Assembly: GCA_938045545.1 (NCBI GenBank)
Contig: CALIBN010000007.1
Location: 16,073-80,072, forward strand
Direction of reading: 5' to 3'
DNA: 64,000 bases
Source: an uncultured archaeon
GTDB taxonomy: Archaea > Thermoproteota > EX4484-205 > JAAOZP01
Both the position numbers and the translations under genes were made by a program. Under the pieces are notes generated by a model. It made no database searches and was not told the origin of the DNA. It worked only from the letters and a program-made list of their open reading frames with translations. Shown piece by piece: positions 27,769 to 37,508 of this stretch; position 1 is the stretch's first letter, and every line of letters starts with the position of its first letter.

Positions 27769-28563
27769 TTGCTGAAAATAATTGTTCTCATAAAACAGGT
27801 TCCGGATATCGAGAGGGTAAGGTTCGACGTAGAAACAGGTAGAATAGATAGGAGTTCAGCGCCGGCAGAGATAAACCCGTTTGACCTGAACGCTCTCGAG
27901 GCGGCTGTACAGATTAAGGAGAAGGTTGGAGGTTTCATCACTGCCATAAGCATGGGTCCGATGCAGGCCCTAAGCTCTCTGAGGGACGCTATGGCTAGGG
28001 GTGCTGACGACGCGATCCTTCTTGAAGACAGGAGGTTCGCCGGAGCCGATACTTTGGCTACTTCCAACACTCTCGCTGCTGCTATTAGAAAGATCGGGTC
28101 CTACGATATTATTCTCTGCGGGGAGAAGACTGTCGACGGTGACACCGGGCAGGTTGGCGCAGAGGTTGCGGAGCTTCTTGAAATCCCTCATGTCTACTAT
28201 GTTTCAAGGATTGTTAACGTTTCTGAAAACTCTATTACCGTCGTCTCCGAGATGGAGGATGCTTCCTACGTTTTGGAATCTGGTTTCCCGGTTCTGGTCA
28301 GCGTCACGAGGGATGTCAACAAGCCTAGGCTGCCAACATTGAAGAGCAAGATGAAGGCTATGAAAAGCGAGGTTAAAATATGGCACGCTGAGGACTTGAG
28401 CGGTTTTCTAGACCCGGATAAGGCTGGTTACGCTGGCTCTCCCACATGGGTTCACAAGGTTGTTGTTCAAAGGGAGAAAACCAGGCAGGTTAGGATATAC
28501 AGACAGGTTGAAGAGGGGATTCAAGAGTTGATGCGCCTCTTAGAGTCTAAAGGGTTGATTTAA
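27769..28563 (+). CDS. etfB: Electron transfer flavoprotein beta subunit (EtfB/FixA-like)
   Basis: N-terminus KIIVLIKQVPD is typical of EtfB. Length is 264 aa. TTG start. Confidence 0.85.
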   Translation: MLKIIVLIKQVPDIERVRFDVETGRIDRSSAPAEINPFDLNALEAAVQIKEKVGGFITAISMGPMQALSSLRDAMARGADDAILLEDRRFAGADTLATSNTLAAAIRKIGSYDIILCGEKTVDGDTGQVGAEVAELLEIPHVYYVSRIVNVSENSITVVSEMEDASYVLESGFPVLVSVTRDVNKPRLPTLKSKMKAMKSEVKIWHAEDLSGFLDPDKAGYAGSPTWVHKVVVQREKTRQVRIYRQVEEGIQELMRLLESKGLI

Positions 28564-28564
28564 A

Positions 28565-29569
28565 ATGGAGGGTAGAGGCTCAGGTGGAAAAGTACTCGTG
28601 GTCGCGGAGCTTAGGGGGGAGGCAATACACCCTGTTACTTTCGAGCTTCTCGGAAAAGGCAGGGAGATAGTGGAGCATACTGGTGGGGAACTCTGGAGCG
28701 TGGTTTTCGGCAGCAACGTGGATAAGGCTAAGGCTTCAGAGCTAATATATTACGGTGCAGACCGGGTTTTCCTCTTCAACGACCCTGTTTTTTCCGGTTT
28801 AAACACGATGGTTTACGCACACAATCTCACTAGGCTTTGTAGGGAGGAGAAGCCGGACGTAATCCTGATAGGGGCAACATGCTTCGGAAGGTCTCTGGGT
28901 CCAAGGGTTGCGGCAGCGCTTAAAACGGGTTTAACAGCAGACTGCATAGATTTAAGGATGGACGAGAACGGTGAGCTGATACAGATCAGGCCAGCATTCG
29001 TGGGGAACATCTTAGCGTACATTAAGACTAAGACTAAGCCCGTGATGTCTACTGTGCGGTACAAGGTTATGAGGGCGAGGGAGAAGGATGAGAGTAGAAG
29101 CGGCCTGATTATCGAAAAAACGGCTGAGAAACCTTTCCAAGACAGGATCAGGCTTATTGGGGAGGCAATACCCAAGAAGCTTAACATAGCGGATGCTGAA
29201 ATCATAGTTGCAGGCGGCAGGGGGCTGGGGTCTGCGGAAGGATTCAAGCTACTGGGGGAGCTCGCCAGCCTGCTTGGAGGAGTTGTGGGCTCAAGCAGGC
29301 CGCCTGTGGACGACGGGTGGATAAGGAAGGAGCATCAAGTCGGCTATAGCGGGAGCATAGTTAAGCCTAGGCTGTATATTGCTTGCGGAATCTCCGGCTC
29401 GCCGCAACACCTGTTCGGCATGAAGGATGCCGAAACAATAATAGCCATTAACAGCGACCCTTCGGCACCCATATTCAGGGTTGCTGACTACGGTATTGTG
29501 GGAGACCTTTATCAGATCATACCCCTTATGGTAAAAGAGATAAAAGCCAGGAGGGGCGGCGTAGGTTGA
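28565..29569 (+). CDS. etfA: Electron transfer flavoprotein alpha subunit (EtfA/FixB-like); no N-terminal ferredoxin domain
   Basis: C-terminal FAD-binding region with IAINSDPSAPIFRVADYGIVGDLYQIIP, typical of EtfA. Length is 334 aa. Confidence 0.85.
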   Translation: MEGRGSGGKVLVVAELRGEAIHPVTFELLGKGREIVEHTGGELWSVVFGSNVDKAKASELIYYGADRVFLFNDPVFSGLNTMVYAHNLTRLCREEKPDVILIGATCFGRSLGPRVAAALKTGLTADCIDLRMDENGELIQIRPAFVGNILAYIKTKTKPVMSTVRYKVMRAREKDESRSGLIIEKTAEKPFQDRIRLIGEAIPKKLNIADAEIIVAGGRGLGSAEGFKLLGELASLLGGVVGSSRPPVDDGWIRKEHQVGYSGSIVKPRLYIACGISGSPQHLFGMKDAETIIAINSDPSAPIFRVADYGIVGDLYQIIPLMVKEIKARRGGVG

Positions 29570-30930
29570 TGGAGGGTTTAGCAGAGCGACTTGAGGAAAT
29601 CGTAGGCAGGGAAGCGGTGGTAAGCGGTAAAGACAAGATTGAGAGCTACTTGTTCGATGAAACGTGCATTCCGGTGAGACCGTCTGCCATATCAGACTGC
29701 ATAGTGGTTAAGCCTGCTAACAGCGCCGAGGTTTCGAGAATCCTTAGGCTGGCTAACGAAAAAAGAATTCCAGTATACCCTAGGGGAGGCGGGACAGGCC
29801 TTGTGGGAGGGGCTGTGCCGACTAGAAGCGGGATAATCGTTTCCCTGGAGAGGATGAATCGGATTGAAGTGGACGAGGAAAACCTGATGGCTGTCGCAGA
29901 AGCCGGGGCGACACTGGGGGAGCTCCTGAAGGCTGCTGAGGAAGCAGGCCTCTCTTTCCCGCCGCATCCCGGGGACGAGGGTGCTCAGATAGGCGGCCTC
30001 GTGGCCTGCAACGCTGGCGGGGCCAGGGCGGTTAAGCATGGTGTCATGAGGGGCTTCGTAAAGGGCTTGGAGGTTGTTCTGCCCACCGGGGAAATCGTAA
30101 CGTTTGGCGGTAGGCTTCTGAAAGACAACATGGGCTACAGCTTGATGCACTTGATCATAGGAAGCGAGGGCACGCTTGGAATTATAACTAAGGTTGTTTT
30201 AAGGCTTAACCCTAAAGCGCCATACTCCTTCACCCTGCTGCTTCCTTTCAACTCGAGGCATGACGCGCTTAATACTGTCCCAAGAATACTGCGCTCCGGG
30301 GTGACTCCCCTTGCTCTAGAGTATGTCGAGAAGGAGTTGATGGAGCTGTCTGCTGAACACTTGGGCGAGAAATGGGTTTTCGAGGGAAAAGTCTTTCTCA
30401 TAGCAATACTGGCTGGGGAGGAGAACGTTGTCTACTCTGAGGCTGAAAAGCTTTCCCAGCTATGCGTTGAGAACAACGGGCTTGAGCCTTCAGTTGCAGA
30501 GAGAAGGGACGAGCAGGAATCCATTTTGAGAATAAGAAGCAATATTTACACCGCTCTTAAACGCGACTCCATGGATATTCTTGACACGACGGTTCCACCA
30601 TCTGCAATTGGAAAGCTGGCGGACGCTATCGACACTATTGCCGAGAAATATGGCGCGCACATTCCTGTTTACGGTCATGCTGCAGATGGAAATGTTCACT
30701 CCCACGTAATGAAGAGGGATGCTGAGAAATATGAGTTGATTAAGAGAGAAATATATGAGACTACGATAGGCCTTGGAGGAACCATCAGCGGTGAACACGG
30801 TGTCGGGAAAATACGGGTGAAGGAGCTTTACCGGTTCACGCATCCGAAGAAAATCGAGCTTATGAAGGCGGTTAAAAGGCTTTTTGACCCGAATAATATT
30901 CTAAATCCTTCCACGGTGCTAGAGGTTTAG
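29566..30930 (+). CDS. FAD-linked oxidase (GlcD / D-lactate dehydrogenase LctD-like)
   Basis: FAD-binding PCMH domain (…RGGGTGLVGGAVP…) and a C-terminal FAD-oxidase domain (…HAADGNVHSHV…GGTISGEHGVGK…). Length is 454 aa. It overlaps the etfA stop by 4 nt. Confidence 0.8.
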   Translation: MMEGLAERLEEIVGREAVVSGKDKIESYLFDETCIPVRPSAISDCIVVKPANSAEVSRILRLANEKRIPVYPRGGGTGLVGGAVPTRSGIIVSLERMNRIEVDEENLMAVAEAGATLGELLKAAEEAGLSFPPHPGDEGAQIGGLVACNAGGARAVKHGVMRGFVKGLEVVLPTGEIVTFGGRLLKDNMGYSLMHLIIGSEGTLGIITKVVLRLNPKAPYSFTLLLPFNSRHDALNTVPRILRSGVTPLALEYVEKELMELSAEHLGEKWVFEGKVFLIAILAGEENVVYSEAEKLSQLCVENNGLEPSVAERRDEQESILRIRSNIYTALKRDSMDILDTTVPPSAIGKLADAIDTIAEKYGAHIPVYGHAADGNVHSHVMKRDAEKYELIKREIYETTIGLGGTISGEHGVGKIRVKELYRFTHPKKIELMKAVKRLFDPNNILNPSTVLEV

Positions 30931-31008
30931 GAAATTAACAGGTGAAAATAAAGCAAACATAGAGGGTTAAACCTCCGTGAAGGATACAGGTATCCTCTTG
31001 AAACGTAA

Positions 31009-31389
31009 ATCGCATTCTATGTTTCTGATTTAAAGAAGGCAGTAAAATTCTATGAAGAGATACTCGGTCTGGAAAAGAAATACGAGTATTCTAGCTATGC
31101 GGGTTTTGAATGCGGTGGAGTTGAGGTAGGATTAATTCCGAAACTTGAAGAGTGTAAACATGACACTTCAAAATCGCCGTCAGTGGAGTTTCTGGTTGAA
31201 AATGTAGAAAGGTTTTATGAGGAGTTAAAAGGTAAGGGTGTAAAGTTTACTAGGGAGTTGCATGAGGAGCCGTGGGGTGGGAAGCAAGCGACTTTTACAG
31301 ACTCTGATGGAAACATTTTAGAGATAGTGCAGATTGATTGGGAGAAATACTTTAACGTATCTGCCCAGGGAGCGAAAAAGAGGGCATAA
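31009..31389 (+). CDS. VOC-family (glyoxalase/bleomycin-resistance fold) protein; N-terminus unresolved (no in-frame start codon upstream of the domain)
   Basis: Manual translation of the frame containing ORF 31183..31389 stays open back to a stop at 31006-08. It encodes IAFYVSDLKKAVKFYEEILGLEKKYE…GVEVGLIP…VEFLVENVERFYEELKGKGVKFTRELHEEPWGGKQATFTDSDGNILEIVQ, a complete-looking VOC domain. The first in-frame ATG/GTG/TTG is the GTG at 31183. Confidence 0.45.
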   Translation: MAFYVSDLKKAVKFYEEILGLEKKYEYSSYAGFECGGVEVGLIPKLEECKHDTSKSPSVEFLVENVERFYEELKGKGVKFTRELHEEPWGGKQATFTDSDGNILEIVQIDWEKYFNVSAQGAKKRA

Positions 31390-31479
31390 GTATTCGTGCG
31401 CACTGCTACGAAGGCATGTAAAACCTCTCAGGGTCGTTCATAATGGATCTGTAACGTTACTCGCCCTAAAACAATACTG

Positions 31480-32619
31480 TTACGACTCGAACAAGATTCC
31501 TCCTATGAAGGTCATTCGAACCCTGAAGTCTTCCCTTATTACAACCATGTCAGCATCCTTTCCTTCCTCTATGCTTCCTTTACACTCTTCAACACCGAGC
31601 AACCTAGCCGGGTTATGCGAGGCTACTTTAGCTACTGAGCTTAAAGGAACACCCGTAAACTTGACGAAGCGTCTAGCCAGCTCGTTCATGCCTGCTGATG
31701 TTCCAATCAATATGCCGTCCACGTATCTCGCCGTCCCGTTTGAAGATATGAATTCAATACCGTTGTAAACATACTTGCCGTCAGGTAAACCCGTCGACCT
31801 CACTCCATCTGTTATCAATACGATTCGGTCTTCACCCAAAATCCTTGCCGCGAATCTCACCATGGATGGGTGAATGTGAACCCCATCGGATATCATCTGT
31901 ACAGTCACATCCTTAGACTCGAATATGGCTAGCACTGGACCTGGAGCCCTATGGTGAATAGGCGGCATAGTGTTGAAGAAATGAGTAACATGCTTAACAC
32001 CCATTCTTATGGCCTTCAAGGTCTCCTCGTAGTCTGCTGAAGAATGCCCGAGGGACACTATCACCCTGTTTTCAAGCAGAAGGCTTATAACCTGCTCCGC
32101 GCCCTCAAGCTCAGGAGCCACAGTCATCATCCTGAGCCAACCCTTACACTTATCCATTATCTCAGACAGAACTTTAACCGAAGGCTTACAGATCGAGGAT
32201 TCTTGGATCATTCCTCTTCTCTCCATGGAGATAAACGGGCCTTCCAAATGGAATCCTAGAAACCTAGCTCCGTTTAAGCCCCTCGAGACCCCGTTCAACG
32301 CAGCCTCTAAATGCTTGTTTTCAAAACCCGGCTTATAGACGGTGGTTGCAAGGAAACCGGTGACCCCAAACTTGGCGCATGTTTCAGATATAGTGCTGAC
32401 TGCTTCCTCATCCTCGTCGAGAATGTCAGCTCCTCCTGCACCCTGTATGTGAACATCGATAAAGCCTGGGAACAAAAAGTCACCTTCCAGGTCAATACTC
32501 TCCCCCTCAGTGTAGCCGTAGATTGGTTTACCGATCTTCCTTATCCTCCCGCGGTCGATTAGAACGTCTCCAAAGGTTTCCCCCCAAGGGTTAACTATCC
32601 TAGCGTTTTTAATTAGCAT
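31480..32619 (-). CDS. nagA: N-acetylglucosamine-6-phosphate deacetylase
   Basis: MLIKNARIVNP…GFIDVHIQGAGG metal-binding start of the amidohydrolase fold, with C-terminal HSSADYEET and HFFN motifs. Length is 379 aa. Confidence 0.8.
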   Translation of the reverse strand: MLIKNARIVNPWGETFGDVLIDRGRIRKIGKPIYGYTEGESIDLEGDFLFPGFIDVHIQGAGGADILDEDEEAVSTISETCAKFGVTGFLATTVYKPGFENKHLEAALNGVSRGLNGARFLGFHLEGPFISMERRGMIQESSICKPSVKVLSEIMDKCKGWLRMMTVAPELEGAEQVISLLLENRVIVSLGHSSADYEETLKAIRMGVKHVTHFFNTMPPIHHRAPGPVLAIFESKDVTVQMISDGVHIHPSMVRFAARILGEDRIVLITDGVRSTGLPDGKYVYNGIEFISSNGTARYVDGILIGTSAGMNELARRFVKFTGVPLSSVAKVASHNPARLLGVEECKGSIEEGKDADMVVIREDFRVRMTFIGGILFES

Positions 32620-32677
32620 TCAAATCTGCTTGAAACAATTGACTATTAAACCTTCCTTCTAGGGACCCAGCGGGCCT

Positions 32678-33754
32678 TTAAAACTTGAAGAAGGAGCCAG
32701 ACTCTTTAAAATCGAGCACCTCTATTCCAATCTCCTGCCCCGCTTTTTTAAGGTTCAGCCAGTAATTGTAGCCTCCTTGAAGCTCCAGTTCCCTAGCTGT
32801 TTTCAACCCGGTTTCCAAAACGCCCTCCGTGAGGTTTAAGCCGGATATTTCCATCCTCACGCCTCTGATAACCATGTATTTTTCGAAAAACTTTACACTA
32901 GCACGTTTGGGAACGTACAGGCTTATTTTTACCGAGCTAAACTTGTTTTCCCGTATTAAGCTGATGCTTGAAGAGACACTCCATAGATCAACACGGTCTT
33001 TACTCACCAAATACAGCCGGTCATCCTCGATTCTCCCCAGCGTGAACTCAATCATTTTCCTAGCGTCAATAAGTATGCTTCTCGCCCTGCCGATGGAACT
33101 GATTCTAGCTACTCCTTGCTCTACCAGCTCCTTCTCTTTTTCTTCAAAGGCTCTCGGAGTACCGTAAGCGTGCAGAAAAAATCTTTTTTCAACAAAATCC
33201 CCGTCCATCTTGATCTTGCAGCACGCGGGCTCCGGCTGCAAATGGTAATAAAGCTTAGCCAGCTCCTCAACTGTGTGGAAGCACGTATTGCTTTCCAACG
33301 AGGCGCCGATAAACAGTATCTTGCCGCCTAGCTCAGCTATCTTAAAGTATGGAGTGCCTTTTCCGCATGGAGTTTCAGCCTCCTCGTGACCTTCAATTAT
33401 TCTTCTAGCCATTTCGCCTATGGCGGCAACAGAATGAGTCGGATGCCTGCTCCTATATGCTTCCCCTCTTTTCCTCAATGTTTCGGGAACCACCCCGGTC
33501 CAGCAAGGTTTATCTTTAGAATAACTTGGAGGGTTCTCCGGAGAGTCGGATATCCGGCCGGTTATTGTGGGGGCAACTATCGTACCGTCCTCCCCAACGC
33601 TTTCAAGGAGAGCGTCTACCAGTGTTTCTGCACCACCAGGCACGTATCCGATGCTGCTTAAAGAGCTGTGAACAAGAACCGTGTCCCCCTTTTCTACCCC
33701 GATTTTTATTAAGTCCCCAACGATTTCCTCCTTTGTAAACTGGAATCTTTGCAT
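32678..33754 (-). CDS. AAC(3)-family (aminoglycoside 3-N-acetyltransferase fold) N-acetyltransferase with a ~90-aa C-terminal extension
   Basis: The N-terminus LIKIGVEKGDTVLVHSSLSSIGYVPGGAETLVDALLESVGEDGTIVAPTIT is the classic AAC(3)/Antibiotic_NAT opening. An extra C-terminal domain (…LYLVSKDRVDLW…KESGSFFKF) is present. Confidence 0.65.
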   Translation of the reverse strand: MQRFQFTKEEIVGDLIKIGVEKGDTVLVHSSLSSIGYVPGGAETLVDALLESVGEDGTIVAPTITGRISDSPENPPSYSKDKPCWTGVVPETLRKRGEAYRSRHPTHSVAAIGEMARRIIEGHEEAETPCGKGTPYFKIAELGGKILFIGASLESNTCFHTVEELAKLYYHLQPEPACCKIKMDGDFVEKRFFLHAYGTPRAFEEKEKELVEQGVARISSIGRARSILIDARKMIEFTLGRIEDDRLYLVSKDRVDLWSVSSSISLIRENKFSSVKISLYVPKRASVKFFEKYMVIRGVRMEISGLNLTEGVLETGLKTARELELQGGYNYWLNLKKAGQEIGIEVLDFKESGSFFKF

Positions 33755-33826
33755 GCCGGCTGGGATTAAGGGAGTCTAAAAATATTTTATGCTTTTAGAA
33801 TCAAGCATCCTGCGCTTAAACCCGCC

Positions 33827-35182
33827 TTATGAAGCCAACTTTCTAGCTCTTTCAGCGAGTTCCCCACGCTTCCACATTATATCCTTCGGCAGGGTTAACG
33901 AGGCGGCGGTGAGAACCACAGCGCATATCGACCAGGTTATGGTTATTATTACCACCATTCCCCATTCCAATCCCATGATGTCTGCCAAGTAGCCGGTAAT
34001 AAGCGGCGCAAAAGCGGAGCCCGCGTTTTCAACGAACACCTGTACTGATTGAATGGTGCTCCTGACCTCGGGAAGAGCTATGTCTTGAAGGGAAGCTGTT
34101 ACGGCAGGGCCCGCCATAGGAATGAAGAAGCCGGTAAGCGCTCCGAACACGGCGAAAAGCTCCACGCCACCCTTCGTTAAAAGCGTCAGGTCGAAAAAGA
34201 CTAGGCCCACGGCCACCGATATCCCGGCGAAAATCGCCCTTCCTTTCAAGGTCTTCCTGAACGCCCAGTCGCTCGTTATTCCTGCAACCACGTTACCGGC
34301 AACCATTGCTGCAATCGCAACAAGCATGATGAACAGCTGTGAATCCGGGTCGAACCCCCTCTCATAAGTCATGTAGGCAAAAAGCCAATAGGTTATTATC
34401 TGCCAAGGGAAAACCCCGAAGAAGCCTTGCGTAAAAAGGAAGATCATCGATTTTCTCCTCAGCACTTCGATCAACGACTCCTTCCTAAAAGTATCCTTCA
34501 GCTTATCCTTCACAGCGAGCAGTTCCGGCTCAGTGGAACCCCTCGGCTTGTCTCTTAACGTGGCCGCTATTAGGACTGCCAATAGCAAGCCGGGCACCCC
34601 AGTTATCATGAAGGCGCTGCGCCACCCTAGGGTGCTGCCCATGATGGTTCCAATAATGGTTCCCAGTAGGGCCCCGATTGCAGCGGAAGTATTCAGTATG
34701 CCGAAAGCCGTAGACCTCTTCTCAGGGGGGAAATGGTCGCCGATGAACGAGACTATCCCGCTGGTTGCCTCATTGTCAATACCGGTTAAGGCCCTGGTAA
34801 AGGCTAGCTCTACGAAATTCCTTGAGAAGGTTGAGAACACGGTTGTTCCCCCCCAGATAGCGCTGGCTAAAGCGGCTAGGTGGGGTCTAGCGTACTTGTC
34901 GAAAAGGTAGCCCCAGAGGGGCATGAAAACCACTGCAACTACTGCGACGCCAGTCTGTATGGCGCCCAGCTGGGTATATGAGAGAGTAAACTCATCCTTT
35001 ATCGAGGGAAGGAGCGGCGAGATTAGAAACTTATCCGAATTATGGAGCACCATGAATAGGAAGAAAACGAAGACCGCATACCACGCTTCGCGCGATATAC
35101 TGTAGGACGGAATCCTAGCCATCCTATGCTCACCCCTATCTAAGGTTCCTCCAGCCAACCAGAGTGAAACCCAGTTCCTCAA
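33827..35182 (-). CDS. MFS transporter
   Basis: Twelve predicted TM helices and MFS loop motifs. Length is 451 aa. Confidence 0.75.
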   Translation of the reverse strand: MRNWVSLWLAGGTLDRGEHRMARIPSYSISREAWYAVFVFFLFMVLHNSDKFLISPLLPSIKDEFTLSYTQLGAIQTGVAVVAVVFMPLWGYLFDKYARPHLAALASAIWGGTTVFSTFSRNFVELAFTRALTGIDNEATSGIVSFIGDHFPPEKRSTAFGILNTSAAIGALLGTIIGTIMGSTLGWRSAFMITGVPGLLLAVLIAATLRDKPRGSTEPELLAVKDKLKDTFRKESLIEVLRRKSMIFLFTQGFFGVFPWQIITYWLFAYMTYERGFDPDSQLFIMLVAIAAMVAGNVVAGITSDWAFRKTLKGRAIFAGISVAVGLVFFDLTLLTKGGVELFAVFGALTGFFIPMAGPAVTASLQDIALPEVRSTIQSVQVFVENAGSAFAPLITGYLADIMGLEWGMVVIITITWSICAVVLTAASLTLPKDIMWKRGELAERARKLAS

Positions 35183-36011
35183 CTATTTGTCGAGCCTCCT
35201 TAGAGGTGACCAGCTGGTAATCCAGATACCTGTCTACGTTGCTCGTCACGCCATGGCTAGGTATTATTGCCTTCATCTCCTCTTCGGGAAGGCCAAGGTG
35301 TACTATTATCTGAGTCAGGGTTCCCGGCTTAATATCCTTCAAAACATGTCTAAACCATTTTATTCTTTCCTGCAGGTCGGAGCCGAATGTAATGCCGATG
35401 AAATTATCAAGCATAGGCGTACCGGATTTAAGAATCCTGCTTACAAGATCCTCGGATATCGTTATGCCCATCTGCTTAGCCACTTCGAACGCGCTTTCAG
35501 TGGGTTTAATCAACATTGGGATAAGGCCATTATCCAGGGCAACCTTAACATAGGTCTCTAAGAGGTCCGGCCTGAAGAAAACCGTGCCCATGTGAGTGTC
35601 AAGATGAGAGGGCTGTAGACCAAGGTCGAAAGCCTTTTTCACCTGCGCCCTCAGCTCAGCCTCAACCTCCTTCCGCGAGGCTTTTGCAGCATCCTTCGCC
35701 TCCTTGTGAAGGTATCCCTGCTCATCTAAGAGGGTTGGAACCTCACTCGTTGAACTAACCGGGCCCCACCTGTAGAGCCTCCACTCGCTCGTCAGCGTCG
35801 AATGTATCCCGTAGTCGTAATCCGGGTTCTCCTTGAAGAACTCAACCGCCTCTAGTATCCATGGGCATGGTATCATAAGGCTGCAGCTTGAAACCACGCC
35901 GTTTTGAAACCCTAGGAAGGTTGCCTTATTCTCTGCGTGACACATGCCGACATCGTCTGCATGGATAATCAGAAGCTTGTCATTCCGGTCGAAGCCGCCA
36001 GTCAACGGCAT
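35136..36011 (-). CDS. YdjC/ChbG-family carbohydrate (chitooligosaccharide) deacetylase
   Basis: N-terminal LIIHADDVGMCHAEN matches the YdjC IIHADDxG metal-binding motif. Length is 291 aa. It overlaps the upstream MFS gene by about 47 nt. Confidence 0.7.
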   Translation of the reverse strand: MPLTGGFDRNDKLLIIHADDVGMCHAENKATFLGFQNGVVSSCSLMIPCPWILEAVEFFKENPDYDYGIHSTLTSEWRLYRWGPVSSTSEVPTLLDEQGYLHKEAKDAAKASRKEVEAELRAQVKKAFDLGLQPSHLDTHMGTVFFRPDLLETYVKVALDNGLIPMLIKPTESAFEVAKQMGITISEDLVSRILKSGTPMLDNFIGITFGSDLQERIKWFRHVLKDIKPGTLTQIIVHLGLPEEEMKAIIPSHGVTSNVDRYLDYQLVTSKEARQIVEELGFTLVGWRNLR

Positions 36012-36236
36012 ACTTGTGAACTAGAAATGCTAAAATATAAATTTTTAAAAAACAAGGCAGTTTCTCGCCATGTATGCAATATATTACTGCATCCTCAATA
36101 AACTCCTCATCTTAAGATAGTTGAATAATCCTTACGTATTATCAGTCTCCTGACTATCTTTTAGAGACAGGTTGACTTTCCGCGAAGCGTTTTAGCTTAA
36201 ATGACTAAAATATTCCTTTTTCAAGACGCGCAAAAA

Positions 36237-37508
36237 TTACGACTCAGCGTATTGCTTGATTCTGATTCGATACGTCAGTAAAGCTAAAGCCAAGAGTATA
36301 GCAGTCGAGGAAAATATCTTAACAGAGTCGAGAATCAGGGTCTCGGCAAAAGTTTCGAACACGAGTATCCTGCGGCTGGTCTCAATACTCCAGGCTGGGG
36401 GAAAGATTACAGCCAGCAATCTTACGGGTTGAGGCATCCATTCCAAGGGAAACCAGATCCCGGTGGTAAAACTGAGAAGAAGGCCGAGGACGGTACCCAT
36501 GCCTGAAGCACCTCTCACCGTTTTTGATAGCAGTGAGACTAGTGCTCCGATGCTCATGCTCATCAGGGCTCCGCAGACCATGAAGGCAACAGCTAGAAGG
36601 TGTATCGGATTCAACGGGTCTAAAACGATGCGTGCCCCCACAGCTGGAGAGACTCCTACAAGTATCAGTATCAATGCGGATATTAGTAGAGTCGTTAGTT
36701 GAGATAGGAAGCTTCCAACCAGAAACTCTCCTTCAGTAAGCGGGGTTGAGAAAAGCTTCCTAAGAGTCCCCCTCTCCTTCTCGGAGACTACGAGTATCGC
36801 GCCGCTGTTAAACCCGAAGTAGAGGAACATCATGCCTATTGCTTCAATCGTATACCAGCCCAGTGTTCTCACACGATCTTCAAAGAACTCTGGCGATACG
36901 TGGTCAACAGTTAAGTCTAATGGTCGCATGATGCCTTGTACAGTAGCGTTAAACCACAGTTTCTCCTCCTCTGAGATAGGCAGCCATTTGATTATGTTCA
37001 CCGCGTTTTCAACCATCTTAAACGAGACTCCTTCAGAGAACCTTTCGAGAAAGCCTATTATTATTGAGGAAGATATTTGTGCAGACTCGGGGGTTCTTGA
37101 ACCAACGTATGCGTGAAGCCTCGCTTTCTCAACCGGATTGATTACAGCGTAGCCGAATCCTTCAGGCACAACTATTACGCCGTCAAGCTCACCTCTCCTC
37201 AAAGCCCGTAACGCTTCCTCCTCAGATTGATATAATTTTACGTTAAACAGCTTTGAATCGTTATACTCTGCCTCCTCCAAGATCTTAATTAAAGACGAGC
37301 CGTTAAGCGGTGTTTGAGAGCTGTCTAAGTTTACAATCCCAAGGTTAAGCACTATTGTTCCCCCGTCACCGGTCGGCGGCACGAAAATGTATGCAGTCAT
37401 GAAGATCCATATCAGCGGCCATGCTACAAGCCAGAAAACAAACGTCTTATCTCTAGTCATCAGCTTTAAATCACGAATGATGAATGAAACCATTGGTTTT
37501 ATTCTCAT
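36237..37508 (-). CDS. ABC-2-type transporter permease with a large extracytoplasmic N-terminal domain
   Basis: N-terminal TM, then a ~200-aa loop, then six C-terminal TM helices. It overlaps the ATPase gene by 4 nt. Confidence 0.6.
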   Translation of the reverse strand: MRIKPMVSFIIRDLKLMTRDKTFVFWLVAWPLIWIFMTAYIFVPPTGDGGTIVLNLGIVNLDSSQTPLNGSSLIKILEEAEYNDSKLFNVKLYQSEEEALRALRRGELDGVIVVPEGFGYAVINPVEKARLHAYVGSRTPESAQISSSIIIGFLERFSEGVSFKMVENAVNIIKWLPISEEEKLWFNATVQGIMRPLDLTVDHVSPEFFEDRVRTLGWYTIEAIGMMFLYFGFNSGAILVVSEKERGTLRKLFSTPLTEGEFLVGSFLSQLTTLLISALILILVGVSPAVGARIVLDPLNPIHLLAVAFMVCGALMSMSIGALVSLLSKTVRGASGMGTVLGLLLSFTTGIWFPLEWMPQPVRLLAVIFPPAWSIETSRRILVFETFAETLILDSVKIFSSTAILLALALLTYRIRIKQYAES

